NCBI GenBank assembly: GCA_051942205.1
Contig: JAVECO010000072.1
Coordinates: forward strand, 62,001 to 107,335
Length of the DNA stretch: 45,335 nucleotides
From: Coniocarpon cinnabarinum
Taxonomy: Eukaryota
Direction of reading: 5' to 3'
Shown here: positions 1 to 13,500 of the stretch, in pieces
How positions within the stretch are numbered: position 1 is the stretch's first letter
Layout of the letters: the number at the start of each line of letters is the position of its first letter
Program-made: the position numbers and the translations under genes
The notes under the pieces: model-generated
Databases searched by the model: none
The model's input: only the letters and a program-made list of their open reading frames with translations
What the model was told of the DNA's origin: nothing

Positions 1-3000
1 AGCTCTTCATTCTTGGGTCGGATCGCGCAACCACCGGAGACTCCAAGCTGACGTGGAGCTTCCAGATATTCAGAACCATGCATTGACTATTCAAGGTTGT
101 TTCAATGATGTCGCTCATCATGTTGAGCGAGGAGTGGTTCGTGCGTGAATTGAAGGTACCGCATCCCAGGTCCCTCGACCACCAACGCCGACGCAATTGT
201 CGTTGCACGAAAATCAGGGCTCTTTCAAAGAGCGAGAGGCCGATCGAGGACGCCGCGGTCCTCAGGAGTCCTGGTGTCGAGAAACCTGACTCCAGTTCCT
301 GAGGCACGGGACATGCTACGAAGAGACGAGATGTCGTAAGCGATGTCGAGGTCCTCCAGGTGTAATGTCTCGTTGAATTTCAGCTCAAGGCTGTCTTTCT
401 CAGCAGCAGCTTTTGAGGACTTCCCTGATTCTGCACGACTAATCACGCACAAGAAACGATCCGTGCAGTTAGCAAGGCTGAAGAGCTGGACTAGAGGATG
501 ACCATCTAGAGCTAAGCGACATTTACTCTTCTCCAGGCAGTCTCAGGCTTGAGTGATGAAGAGAAATTATCGGAGTCGTTGGAGCTCGTCAAGACGCGTA
601 CGCATATCAGTACCACTTTGGCTTCCACTTGCCAGGCTCGACGTGATCTGCGGCGCTCTAGGCGCTCATCTCATTTTTTGCTTCTCACAACAGAATTCCG
701 AGCCTCTCATGGCTTCTCGAAACCACTTTGAGGCACGGAAAAGGTAGTTAGATGGTCTCATCGGCTCGTGAGTCGCTTTTCTAGCAAGCGATCTTCTCCT
801 ACAGTGTAGGGTGCTGTGGATGTGTTAATTCATCCCTGCGCTGTTGTCGCCTGAGTTGGTGCTTTGGCGACTTTTTGCTGAGATGGTCTGAATTGCAGTC
901 ACGAGAGAGCTTCGAAGATGGATTTCCGGCTGCTGGAAACGTCATGCTCTTCAGCGTAGCCACGGCCACTTCAAGCAAAAGTGTTCCTTGAGGATACTGA
1001 TGAACCTTTTTTTGTGGGAGAGTTGCGATTAGGATAGAGACGAGCGTTGAGGTTTAAAGGGCGGGATTGTCTATCGTTTCCAGAGATTACAAGGCAACAT
1101 GTAAGTGTGCAAGCAACCCTTAGACTGAGTATCTTCGAGTCCTGCGCGTCATCTCTTTGACATCAGCAGATATGTTGACAATGAAAACAGAGCGGCTATT
1201 GTGATTGTCGTCAAATTCTAAACCGGACTTGTCGACGTCAGGCATCGATGTGTCTTCTTCAGCTCCAAACTGTAGGTCTACGCCTAGAGCAGGGGAGGTA
1301 GTGTTTGCTTTGCGCCCATTGCAACACGGACAGTCCTCGCTTTCAGGCTTGACATGGTCGAGTTGAGCAATTGAGCGTCCGATCTTGTTGCCATGTTGAT
1401 TGAGGCAGGCAAGCACATTGAGAAGGTGAGGTGGTAGTATCGCTCCCGGTGTTCCTCTGCAGCGCGTCGTTGATCTGATGGCCGTAGACTCGATGGATGC
1501 ACAACTCTTCTTTGGAGAGAGAGAGCCTCGAGCGTCCCTTGCGGCTTTTCGTGGCTGGTGTTGTGGTGGTGTTGTTTGAATGTTGAGCAAAAGAAAGACC
1601 AGAGAGGGTGGGATCCGGGAGTGGTTTTAAGCGCGAGCGGGCTTAGGCAGAGGCATAGAATGCTAGACACGATAGTGCGTCCCTGAGTCAGATCATCCGA
1701 GACGCTGCCTCCACCCCGTTTTTTCGAAATTTACATTAAGCTCTTTTCGGCTATAGCGCTTCGATGTGTGTTTCTACTCAAAATCAAACTCGGCAAGGTA
1801 TAGGCCGAGAACCCTCGAAGTCTTCGTCGAGGCTGAACGAGTCAGGACGGAAGACTACCTGCCACTGAACTAAGCCTGTTGCCCTTCGCGTCATGTGCAT
1901 GCGACGATTTAATTTCTATTTACCGTCACCCTCGAATACTGCCATTCGATGCAGGTCGTCTCGAAATGTACACACACGACGCTTTCCAGTAAGCGAGCAC
2001 CAGTCTATGTACTCGATGCGCATGGCTCTCCGAATTGCAACAAGCTCGCATCGTACCAGAGCGTTGCAAAGTCCGAGTATCCCTCCAACTCTAGTCGAAA
2101 TCGGAGTCGAGTTTATCAGAGACATCACGTCTAGAGAATAGGCACTCGTAACGCATGTGCATAAGCAGTTGTACAGCTGCGTTCCGACCAGCTAAAGCGG
2201 CTGTTTTGCCAAATCTTTCGAATAACATCTGTTGCAGCCCACTGAGACTAGCTAGAGCTACGCTTAGCAAGCTATCGCTTCACTGCACTGCAACTTAGCG
2301 ACAAATACACATCTTTGTTCTTTAAACATTATATTGCTGTAAGTTCGCAACTTTTTCTCCCGGCATTCCACTAGTTGCACCGTCTGTTGGCCGCAGATTG
2401 AAACCAATATCTAAATCCACATATCTGTAAAAGAAGAAAAGGGGAGAAAAATGACTGAAGCTCAATCGAACTCTTCCACTCAACCAGAGGCTCAGAAACT
2501 CACACATACACATAGCGAGCCTTGTCAGTTGTATTCTTTTTTGGTTTCTCTTTCCTTACAACATATCAGCTGTGCAGGACAGCCAGCGTATTTCAATGGT
2601 ACTACACTTGGCTATCTGCTAGTGATGGCTATTTGCCATAACCAGCTTTTCTGTGCTAGTCAGCGTAATAGGTGTGCTGGTGGATCGTGACATGGTCATA
2701 GCTACCAAATGCGATTGTGCCAATGCGCTTCTAATCTCATTGATACGCCGCGACATTTAGCGATTCCGTTTGCTATATGTGAAAGAGCGTTCATGCGCCG
2801 TGGACGTTACTCTGGAGAGTACGCTTATGCGCCGCTAGCTTGGTCTGTCGCTACTAAGTAGGTGTATTTTGAGGGAATATTTACCCTTTTGGCATGTGGT
2901 GTATACAGTATAGCGCTGCTATCCACGGGTTGGCGGAATAGGGTGCTGCTTGCGCAGTGGGCCGCACAAAGCAGTGCATGATATCGTCTGGTTGGCTCAA

Positions 3001-3240
3001 AGTAAACGTTTCTGCTACATGGTTGCGTCAACTCCGCGTTGGTTGATGTATTACGAGTTCGTTGTTACCACTCCCCCTCAGGCGGTGATTCTTCGTCCCC
3101 TCACTGTGAACCTCTATCCCACTTACACTTACGATGACACCCATTGTCTTTGTTGGTTCAATCTCAAATACAATCCGTAAAAGCAGTTCTCGTTGGCTTT
3201 GCAAACTGCATCCTTCCCAGCTCCCCGTTTACCGCCCAGC

Positions 3241-4309
3241 ATGAGCTTCCTTGACCAGGCTTTTCCACCCAGGGCTACGCTCACCGAAGCGAATCTTCCT
3301 TTGCAGCACGGCAAGGTCTTCCTCGTCACTGGGGGCAACTCAGGTGTTGGATATCACCTATGCCACATTCTCTACGGTAAGACTGCTTCGTGTTGCCGTT
3401 CTTCGCAGCATCTACTTTCATTTCTCACCATGCTAACCGAGACTCTTTCGACCCATAGGCAAAGGAGCCAAGGTCTATATGGCCGCACGTTCCCAATCGA
3501 AAGCCGACAGCGCCATCAGGGAGATCAAAGCTAGTTACGACGACGAAGACCCCCACGTGGGCCAGATCATCTTCCTGCAGCTGGATCTCAGCGACCTTGC
3601 CCTCGTCAGAGAAGCCGCGCTTCACTTTCGTAGCTTAGAGTCCCATCTCGATGTGTTGTGGAACAATGCTGGAGTCTTCGATCCGCCAGCTGGCTCCCTT
3701 TCGGCTCAAGGGTTTGAGTTGCAGATGGCGGTCAACTGTCTCGGTCCTTACCTCCTGTCCAAACTCCTCCTGCCTCAGCTGCACGCCGCTGCCATCAAGG
3801 CTACCCCCGACTCCGTGCGCATTGTGTGGGCTTCTTCCTACGTAGTTGATTTTCGACCGCGAACTCCCCAGTATGGTATTCCACCGAAGCTACTTGCGAC
3901 GCCGTCCAAGTCGTCGCACGAGACTTATTGCATTTCAAAGTGTGGTAATTGGTTCTTGGCGGCAGAGTTCAGTCGTCGCGGGGAATCAAACGGCATAGTC
4001 AGCATTGCTGTCAACCCAGGCAATATCAAGACCAATATTTTCAGGGACAGTCGTCTCGCTGGACTGCTTCTCTCACCGCTGCTCCACGACGCGAAGCTTG
4101 GCGCATACTCAGAGCTTTGGGCTGGACTGTCCCTGGACGTTAAGAGAGAGAATGGCGGAGGTTACGTCATACCCTGGGGTCGCTGGCATCCGAGTCCACG
4201 CAAGGACTTGCTGCACGCCATAAAGCCCGCTGCCGATGGTGGCTTGGGCAACGCACAGCATTTCTGGGAGTGGTGTGACGGAAATACAAAGTCCTTTGCG
4301 AGCGCGTGA
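3241..4309 (+). CDS. Short-chain dehydrogenase/reductase (retinol dehydrogenase/WWOX-like fungal SDR), 2 exons, ~328 aa
   Basis: ATG 3241. TGGNSGVG cofactor motif, NNAG, catalytic YCISK, VNPG, and the typical C-terminal PWGR. Intron 3377-3458 (GTAAGA...CTAAC...TAG) joins LY/G-KGAKVYMAAR in frame. Confidence 0.92.
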
Positions 4310-5365
4310 TCCTCGTCTGAGATGGATTCTCCTTCTCTCAAAGAGGAGTCGTCCAGGGAGGGGTCCGCCGCTTGAGCGACTACATTATAACACCGCTCTT
4401 GTCCTGGCTAACATCAGCTACTAACTATGCGTTGCTTTTTCGGCGTCGTGGTGGGTATCTAAGGTCGCCGATTGATAGCATCAGGCTGTGTCAGCACGCA
4501 GAGACTCCCTCGTTTATTGGCACTTCTTCTGCAATTTTGAATCTCTTGGAGTACATGGGATAAGTCCTTTGAACACGCTTCAGAGCGTTCAAGAACCATG
4601 ATAAGTTGTTCAAGCTTCCGGGCTCGTTGCCGGAACTATCTAACCCAGACCTAGCGCGCAAGTAAGTAGTCAAGAAAGGTATATTCATCTTCAGCTTTGG
4701 CGCGAAACCGTTGGTTGTCGAGTCCTTGAGGACGCTAGTGCCAAGTTTGGTTTAGACTGGTATTTTTGCAAGTGTGGCGCACACCCTGCACACCAAAGGA
4801 GAATGAGAGCCTCGCGCACCAACATGCAGCGCTCAAGCAATCCCTTCCTTTGGATCAGTCGGCGTCCAGACGAATTATACAGTACCTCAGAATCACCCTG
4901 CAGGCGGATGCGACCATGTAGAGATATCGACCCACGATATACGAGTGCTGGAGAAAAAGAAGTCCTAAGCCGCTGTTAAGACGACCGGGAGTTCTGGCAG
5001 AAGTGCCCACGAGCGCGGACCTACTCACCAAACGAACCATGAGTGAAACATGGATGTGAGTGAGTCTCAGAGATCTTCGAAGTCGATCTGTGAGTTGCGG
5101 TACGGTAGGGCACGAGGAACACATCCATCGCGGCTCTTCGTGTCGAGTGTTGACCTATCCAAAACGAACTCGGGGCAGACCTTAAAAAGGGTCCCACAGG
5201 ACAGTGCACACTCAGTCCGAATGTTGAAAGCCATCGGCTTTTCCATTGCCATCATAACATACACGCAGCCACAATCCCCTTTTAAGATGCCGTTTTTCAT
5301 ACTCCAACATGCACCGCCCGCTAATGACACAACCACATCAACGCCACTTACGCTTGAATGACATG

Positions 5366-7064
5366 TTATAACATTAGCTCGAGTGGGTTCTCCACGGCTT
5401 TCTTGAGTTCCCGCATGAAGTCGCCTCCGACTGCCCCGTCAACGACTTTGTGGTCAAAGCTGCCAGTGACGACAATTTGATCATCCCACTCGACGCCTTT
5501 CGCTTCGTCGTCTTCTGTCTCCGCTGGTATCGGTACTTTCTTTGTGGTGCCAACGGCTAATATCGTTGCTTGCGGTGGGTTGATGACAGCTGTAAAACGC
5601 TCGACAGCCGGGTTCATGCCCATATTGCTGATGGTGATGGTGCCGCCCTGGTACTCTTCAGGCTTGAGCTTGCCTTCCCGTGCGCGCCCACCCAGTTCTT
5701 TGACTGAAGCGCTGATGGATTGCAGACCAAGGCCATTGACGTTTTTCACAATGGGGGTCATGAGGCCAGCGGGCGTAGCTACAGCCACAGAGACGTCGAC
5801 CGTGTTGTGCTTGCGGATAACGACCTGTCCACCTTGATCACGCCACGAGCTGTTTGCGGCAGGCACCTTGCGTGCGGCAGCTGCTACGGCTTTTATCAGA
5901 AAGTCGTTCAGAGAGAGCTTATACTCGCCGGCTTTTGCGCTTGAGTTCAGAGCTGCTCGCAGTTTGAGCAATTTAGAGACCGAGATAGAGGATGAAACGA
6001 AGTAATGCGGATTCTGATTGAACGACTCGCTAAGCCGAGCTGCAATAGTCTTCCGCATGCTTGTGGGTGGCTCGTCCACGAAGGAAGCGGCTGATTGGCC
6101 TGGACCTGCTGCAGTCGATTGTGCGGCAGGCTTGTACTTTTCGACATCCGAGAGCGTGATGCGACCACCCGAGCCTGTGCCTTTGAGTGCCGAGAGAGCG
6201 ATGCCCTTCTCTAACGCTGCCTTCTTCACAGCAGGAGATGCTGATTCTCGATTGATGGAAGGCTCCAAGCGACCGCCAGTCGACTCGGATTCTTGCGCGG
6301 CTGGGGCTGATTGTTGTGAAGATGGCTGGGAGGTTTGCTTTTGCGACGAGGGTGGTGCGGTCTTCGAGCCCGACTCCGCCGGCTCCGACGCCTCAGCACC
6401 ACCTCCAGTTTCTTCTTGCTTGGGCGGAGCCTTTTCCCCACCTGCATCAGCAAGTGTGAAAGACTCGAAAGGGGCGACGTCGGCTCCCTCCTCGACCATT
6501 ACGGCGATTGGCTGTGCGGCATTTAGCTATGCAGGTCGTGAAACACAGCATCATTCAATCACGACTTACATTTCCGACCGCGACATCCTTCTCCCCAGAC
6601 TCCTTGAGGATCTTGGCTAAAACGCCCTCTTCTTGAAACTCGAAGTCCATTTGCGCTTTGTCGGTCTCTATCTCAACGAGTACGTCGCCGGGTGCCAGGG
6701 TGTCGCCGGCCTTTTTCTGCCATGCTCCAATATTGCCGGACTGCATAGTTGGGGAGAGGGCAGGCATGCTGATGACGGTATGGGGCGGGAAGGCTTCGAA
6801 GTTCGCATTAGCATCGTCGGTCAACTGAGAAGAGCATCGCAGATGGGCGCTCACAGCTTGAGGCATAGTATCGAGATAGAGCTGACAGGGCAGGTACGCT
6901 CGGACTGCGGCAACATGGTCAACCGTGGGCATTGGAGCTCAAGAAGCTTCGGAAACACACTGCTTTATCCTATCAAGCGGCGTCCATGCGCATGTAGGTC
7001 TTGATGGGGCTTTATGTCGCAACCATAGCCGGCCGGAGGACCGGGCTATGGTGGTTGCGGACAT
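5366..7064 (-). CDS. LAT1: Dihydrolipoamide acetyltransferase, E2 component of mitochondrial pyruvate dehydrogenase, 4 exons, ~507 aa
   Basis: Arg/Ser-rich presequence [16 protein letters not shown]..., RYYASSSFPPH, lipoyl domain MPALSPTM...ETDKA, E3-binding [15 protein letters not shown], catalytic DHKVVDGA. Introns 6905-6960, 6794-6854 and 6512-6569 keep frame. Confidence 0.96.
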
Positions 7065-7548
7065 GACACCGAATGAGGTGGAGGAGGGTCAAGAAGGGAT
7101 TACGTGGGTTTCGGAAGCTGGTGAGAACCTCACAATGTTACGGCAGAGGGCCCGAGAAGCAGAATTATTCGTTGAGGGTATATGGGGAAGACGAGTAAAT
7201 CACAAAGACACTTTGGAAGCGCGAAGATGGTCCCCAAAGGTCCCGTCGCCCAATTTCTGACATTGTTGAGCGCGCAGAAGTTGCTGCTTTGGGAGCTTTG
7301 GTATGCAAGCTCTACATCGTGGCTCCTGGCACGCCCAAGCCTTGGGTCTCCCATATTCTCACGCCATGTATATTCTGGAAGATCCCTGTATACAACATTG
7401 AACTTGACATTGAATGATTTAGAGTCGTTGAATCTCATTCAACTGGGTTGCCTTCTTCTGGAACATTGTGGGCTACATTGCGTTCCTTTCATTCATGTGA
7501 TAATCCCATTGAGAAGCCCCATGAAACCTTCCAAATTCCCGCACCGCA

Positions 7549-10500
7549 ATGTCTGCCGACGAGGATCAGCTCTCTGACGCCGCGGAGACCTCTGTTACGC
7601 CCCAGGATGAGCACTTGAAGCGTCCTGAATTACAAAATGGCGACCACGAAGCTGAAGCAAAAAAAAGGAATCATGACAAAGATGAGTCGCCGTCACCGCC
7701 AGAGGACTTACCTGAGCCTCGCGATGGTCATGGAGATGCACTCGAGTCGACCAATGAGTCTGCCAATGAAAGCGACGCGACCTCGAAGCCTGACATACCT
7801 CCTGTACAAGTCGAATCTCCTCCAGAAAATGACGACAGATCGTCGACTTTGCCATCGTCATCCGCGCCCTCAACCGCACCCCCTCCCTCCTTGAGCCGTG
7901 AACGCACCGACTCTCAATCAACTGTTGCAACTGCAGCTGAGCCTTCCACAAAATCATCAACCCGAGGCTCCGTCGTTTTCGTCATCGGCGCGCTCGAGCA
8001 GATCAACACATCCAAAGATGCAGCGCGCCACAAGCCCCTCAAAGACCTTACGGAAAAGGCCCTCAACGCCATCCGCACTACGCATGATCCGACGCAGATT
8101 GACCCTCGAATCCTATTCGCGCCGCTTCGAGTAGCTACGGAAGAGGCCAATGCAGATAACATTGTCAACACCGCTCTTGACTGTATTGGCAAGCTCATAA
8201 GCTACTCATACTTTTCGGTCCCAGCAGAGAAGTCAGATGGAGGTGCTCAAACGGAGTCGCTTATCGATCAGGCCATTGACACAATCTGTAATTGTTTCGA
8301 GGGCGAAGCAACCTCCGATCGAGTGCAAATACAAATCGTCATGTCTCTCCTCTCAGCGGTCCTTAACGACAAGGTTATTGTACACGGCGCAGGCTTGCTA
8401 AAAGCGGTCCGACAGATGTACAACATCTTCTTGCATTCAAAAAGTACACAAAACCAACAAATTGCGCAAGGGACACTTTCGCAGATGATTGGCACCGTCT
8501 TTGAAAGGGCGCGAAGTCGCATTGTTGCCAAAGAGGCACGCATTAATCTAGCCCGATCATCACGGCGAAGCCATGACAACAGCTCAGAGCAAGTCAACGG
8601 AGATTCTGTGCCGACCACAGGTCGGCCGAGCTTCGAGCACAACAGCAATATAGAGACCCCGATACGCGAAAACACACCAGATGATATGCCGGTTGAAAAG
8701 GAACGAGAAGCGAAGATTACTCTGCAGACCTTCGAGCGCCGTGGGAGCTTTGACGAGACGCTGCGTGAGGGGCCAACTGTGGTGACGCGGGTCCGGGGCC
8801 GCGCCACTTCATTGCAACCTGACGGCACGAATGGAGTATCTGGGGCAGACGAAGATGTAGTCATCAGCGAGGAAGACGAGGAAGATGAAGTGTTCATGAA
8901 AGACGCTTTCCTCGTCTTCCGGGCTATGTGCAAGATCAGCATCAAACCTTTGCGTCCCGAAGAGCTCGCTGACCTGAAGTCGCAAGGCATGCGGACTAAG
9001 CTTCTGTCCCTGCATATCATCCACACCGTGCTGTTCAACAATGTTTCTCTCTTTCTCTCCCCACACGCGACAATTCGGGGGAGCGCGGACTCAGAGCCAA
9101 CGCAGTTCACTCACGCCATCAAGCAACTTCTGTGCCAATCCTTAAGCCGGAACGGGGCAAGCTCTGTCAATCGGGTTTTTGAAGTCGGCTGCGAGATCTT
9201 CTGGATGATGCTGAGGCATCTTCGCGTTTTGTTGAAAAAAGAATGTGAAGTGTTTCTCAAAGAAATTTACCTGCAGATACTGGACAACCGCACAGCACCA
9301 GTGTTCCAGAAGCAATGTTTCCTGAATGTTCTCGACCGCCTGGTCAGAGAGCCACGAGCGCTCGTCGAAGTGTATCTGAATTACGACTGCGATCGTTCCG
9401 CATCTGACAACATGTTCCAGCGAATGGTCGAGAATCTGGCTCGGATCGCTTCAGAAAGGGTCACCATTACGTCGACTCAGGGTCACGCGTACCAGGAAAA
9501 ATCTGCCAAAAAGCAAGCACTGCAAGATTGGCAGCTTAGAGGCGGAGTGCCGCCATCGTTGACAACAGTGGCCATTGGGTCCGCGGTTGAAGTCGACGCT
9601 GCGTATCCGATGGAATTCGCCATGAAAGTGCAATCCCTCGAGACTACTGTCGAGACATTGCGATCGCTGGTCCATTGGGCACAACAGAGCTTACCCACTA
9701 CTAATTCTACAGCCGCTGTCAATGAACCAGACGTCAAGCTATCAGCTGACGATGTTCGAGAATCCTCAGATGCGAGGCCAGCCAGCGTTATGGCTTCTCC
9801 ATTTATTGCCGGCGTAGAGACACCTTCCGTGGGTACACCTTTAGCAGAAGACGACCCCATGCAATTAGAAAAAGCGAAGCAGCGGAAAACAGCTCTCTTA
9901 AATGCAGTCAGGCAATTCAACTTCAAGCCCAAACGTGGCATCAAGGCTTTAATAGAAAATGGCTTCATCAAGAGCGACAGCCCGGATGACATAGCACCAT
10001 TTTTACTCAACACGGAGCGGCTAGATAAGGCAGCTCTGGGCGAGTACCTGGGCGAAGGCGATGACGAGAACATCAAGATTATGCATGCTTTTGTCGACTC
10101 CATGGACTTCACCCGCCTTCGATTTGTCGATGCCCTAAGAAGGTTCTTGCAGAGCTTCCGACTTCCAGGTGAGGCGCAGAAGATTGATCGATTTATGTTA
10201 AAGTTCGCAGAACGATATATTCTTGGCAATCCGAACGCCTTTGCTAACGCCGATACGGCGTACGTGCTAGCGTACTCTGTCATCATGCTAAACACCGATC
10301 AACACAGCTCAAAGATGAAGAGCCGACGCATGACGCCCGAAGACTTCATCAAAAACAACAGAGGCATCAACGACGGTGCAGACTTGCCCGAGGAGTATCT
10401 CAAGGGCATCTTTGAAGAGATAGCCAGCAACGAGATTGTGCTCAACACCGAGCGCGAAGCTGCAGCAAACATGGGCTATGCTTCCCAGCCGACAGCCACT

Positions 10501-13500
10501 GGAATCACCTCCGGGATCACCCAAACCTTGTCTAATATGGGTCGGGATCTCCAGCGGGAAGCCTATGTTCAACGCTCAGAGCAGATGGCGAACAAGACTG
10601 AGCAATTATTCAGAAGCTTGATGAAAACCCAGAGAAAGACTACTACTAGGGATGAGGCCAACAAGTTCATCCCCGCTACGTCATTCAGACACGTCGGACC
10701 CATGGTCGATGTCACTTGGATGTCCTTTCTCACGGCTCTGTCTAGTGTGGCTCAGGACACACAGAATCTTGACACCTTCCGATTATGCATGGACGGTATG
10801 AAGCTTGCGATACAGGTGGCGTGTCTTTTCAACCTTGAAAATCCGCGAATGGCTTTTGTGTCCTCGATTGCACGCTTTACAAATCTGTACAACCTTAGTG
10901 AGATGCAAGCCAAGAACGTCGAGGCACTCCGCGTCCTCCTCGATGTTGCCTATTCAGAGGGGAACTTACTGCGAGAGTCTTGGCGCGATATATTGACCTG
11001 TGTCAGTCAACTTGACAGATTCCAGCTACTGTCCGAAGGTGTACCTGAAAAGGCTCTGCCAGATGTCATGCGGACACAGTCAAGTCAGCGCAACAGCAAG
11101 CCGCGAAGTTCTCTGCAGGTGCCGAATCGTGGGCGAACGTCTTCGGGTAGCACCCAGACTAGCTACCGCGCTGAAATCGCACAAGAAGCTCGAGGAGCAG
11201 AGATTACGCATGGTGTAGACAGGATCTTTGTCAACACTGGGCAGCTCTCGGGCGAAGCTATCGTCGATTTTGTGCGAGCTCTGACGCAAGTCAGCTGGCA
11301 AGAAATTGAATCTTCCGGCCAAAGCCAAGAACCACGAACGTACAGTTTGCAAAAGCTGGTCGAGGTCAGTGGATACAACATGGGTCGAGTCAGATTTGAG
11401 TGGTCAAATATTTGGGCTGTCCTTGGGGACCATTTCAATCAAGTCGGGTGCAACGCGAATACCAAGGTCGTTTACTTTGCACTCAACTCGCTACGGCAGC
11501 TCTCAATGCGGTTCCTAGAGCTTGAAGAGCTTCCTGGGTTCAAATTCCAAAAGGACTTCCTGAAACCATTTGAGCACATCATTGGCAACACTGCCACTGT
11601 TCAAGTCAAGGAGATTGTCCTTCATTCGTTGATTCAGATGATCCAAGCTCGAGGCGAGAATATTCGGTCTGGATGGCGCACGATTTTTGGCGTGTTCACA
11701 GTTGCAGCAAGGGAGCCATTTGAAGGTGTGGTCAGCTTAGCTTACGACAATGTCATTCAAATTTACAACACGCGCTTGGGCGTCATTATGACACAAGGCG
11801 CATTGGCTGATCTTGTCGTTTGTCTGACGGAATTTTCGAAGAACTCAAGGTTTCAGAAGAAGTCGCTCCAAGCGATTGAGACACTCAAAGCTTCAATACC
11901 CAAGATGCTCAAGACACCAGAGTGTCCGCTCTCAGCCCAGCCCACTCCATCAGCGCATCGACAGCCAAGCCGGCAAACTCAAGAAGAGCAGTACTGGTTC
12001 CCAGTCTTGTTCGCCTTCCACGATGTGCTGATGACAGGGGATGATCTCGAAGTGCGATCGAGAGCTTTGAACTACCTGTTTGACGCGTTGATCAAATACG
12101 GCAAACAGTTTCCACAAGACTTCTGGGATACGATCTGGCGACAACTGCTTCACCCAATCTTCATGGTGCTGAAATCCAAATCAGAAATGACCAAGATGGT
12201 CAACCATGAGGAGCTTTCTGTCTGGCTTTCTACTACCATGATCCAAGCTCTGCGAAACATGATGAGCTTATTTACGCATTATTTTGAGTCGCTAGAATAT
12301 ATGCTGGATCGATTCCTAGACCTTCTTGCCCTATGCATCTGTCAGGAAAACGACACGCTTGCTCGAATAGGGAGCAACTGCTTACAAACCCTTATCCTGT
12401 CGAATGTCAATAAATTCACCCCTGAGCACTGGCAACACATCGTGAACTCATTCGTCGATCTATTCAACAGAACCGAAGCAACCGCGCTTTTCTCTGCTGC
12501 CGCTGCGTCCTACGGTGGGCCACCGCCTCAGACGACTAATGGTGTTCCAGCCATGCCCCGTCGCGAATCCTCCGCAGACCAGCCAAATGGGCTTCAGCTC
12601 ACTGGGAGTCACCACGCCATTTCAGGAGACGCGAAGTCCAAGGCACGAAATAAGTCTCCATTGCCCAACGGTCTTGCAACATCCGAAGACGACTCGCGTG
12701 CGTCAACACCTGCTCCTGAAATCCCTCCTGTGCCTTCACAGCAACTAGAGGACTACGGCCCCACTGCGCAACTGCAGAGCCAACCTGTCGTGGTGACTGC
12801 CGCGCGTCGCCGCTTCTTCAATCAAATCATCACCAAATGCGTTCTACAATTGCTCATGATTGAGACGGTGAATGAGCTATTCAGCGCAGATTCTGTATAC
12901 AGTCGCATTCCCTCCGCAGACCTCCTCCGCCTCATGAGTCTCTTAAAGAAGTCGTACCGTTTTGCAAAGCGGTTCAATGACGACCTCGAGCTGCGCAACC
13001 GTCTGTTCAACGAGGGCTTCATGAAACAACCTCCGAATCTCCTTAAGCAGGAGTCTGGCTCTGCATCTGTCTACGTGAATATACTATTCCGGATGTACCT
13101 AGACGAGCGTACCGAGCGGCGCAACTCTCGAGACCAGACTGAAGCAGCCTTGATCCCGCTGTGCGTCGATATAATTCGCTCTTACGCTTCATTGAGTGCG
13201 GAGACGCAACATCGTAACATCGTAACGTGGCGTCCGGTCGTTGTGGACGTTGTCGACGGCTTCGCTAACTTCCCACCGGATGGCTTCGAGAAGCATGTGT
13301 CGAGCTTCGCGCCATTGCTTCCGCAGCTGATGGGTCGGGAGCTGACTGGCGCGGGCGCCGGGGGCACTGGAGGCGAGCTTCAGCGCGCCGTTCAGAGTCT
13401 GACATGGCGGGTGTTGGAGCTTCATTACAGCGCGCAGATGGAGCCTCTGGAGCCATGGGCGTTTGGAAAAGAGGCTCTGGCTAGCGCAGCGCAGACGCCG

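Noticed and set aside
8268..10295. Long antisense ORFs inside SEC7 (8268-9110, 9483-10295), and similar ones opposite LAT1 (6018-6620), the Swi6-like gene (20776-21411) and PLD (42352-43131)
   Set aside because: These are shadow ORFs of strongly conserved genes, caused by codon bias, and carry no motifs of their own.
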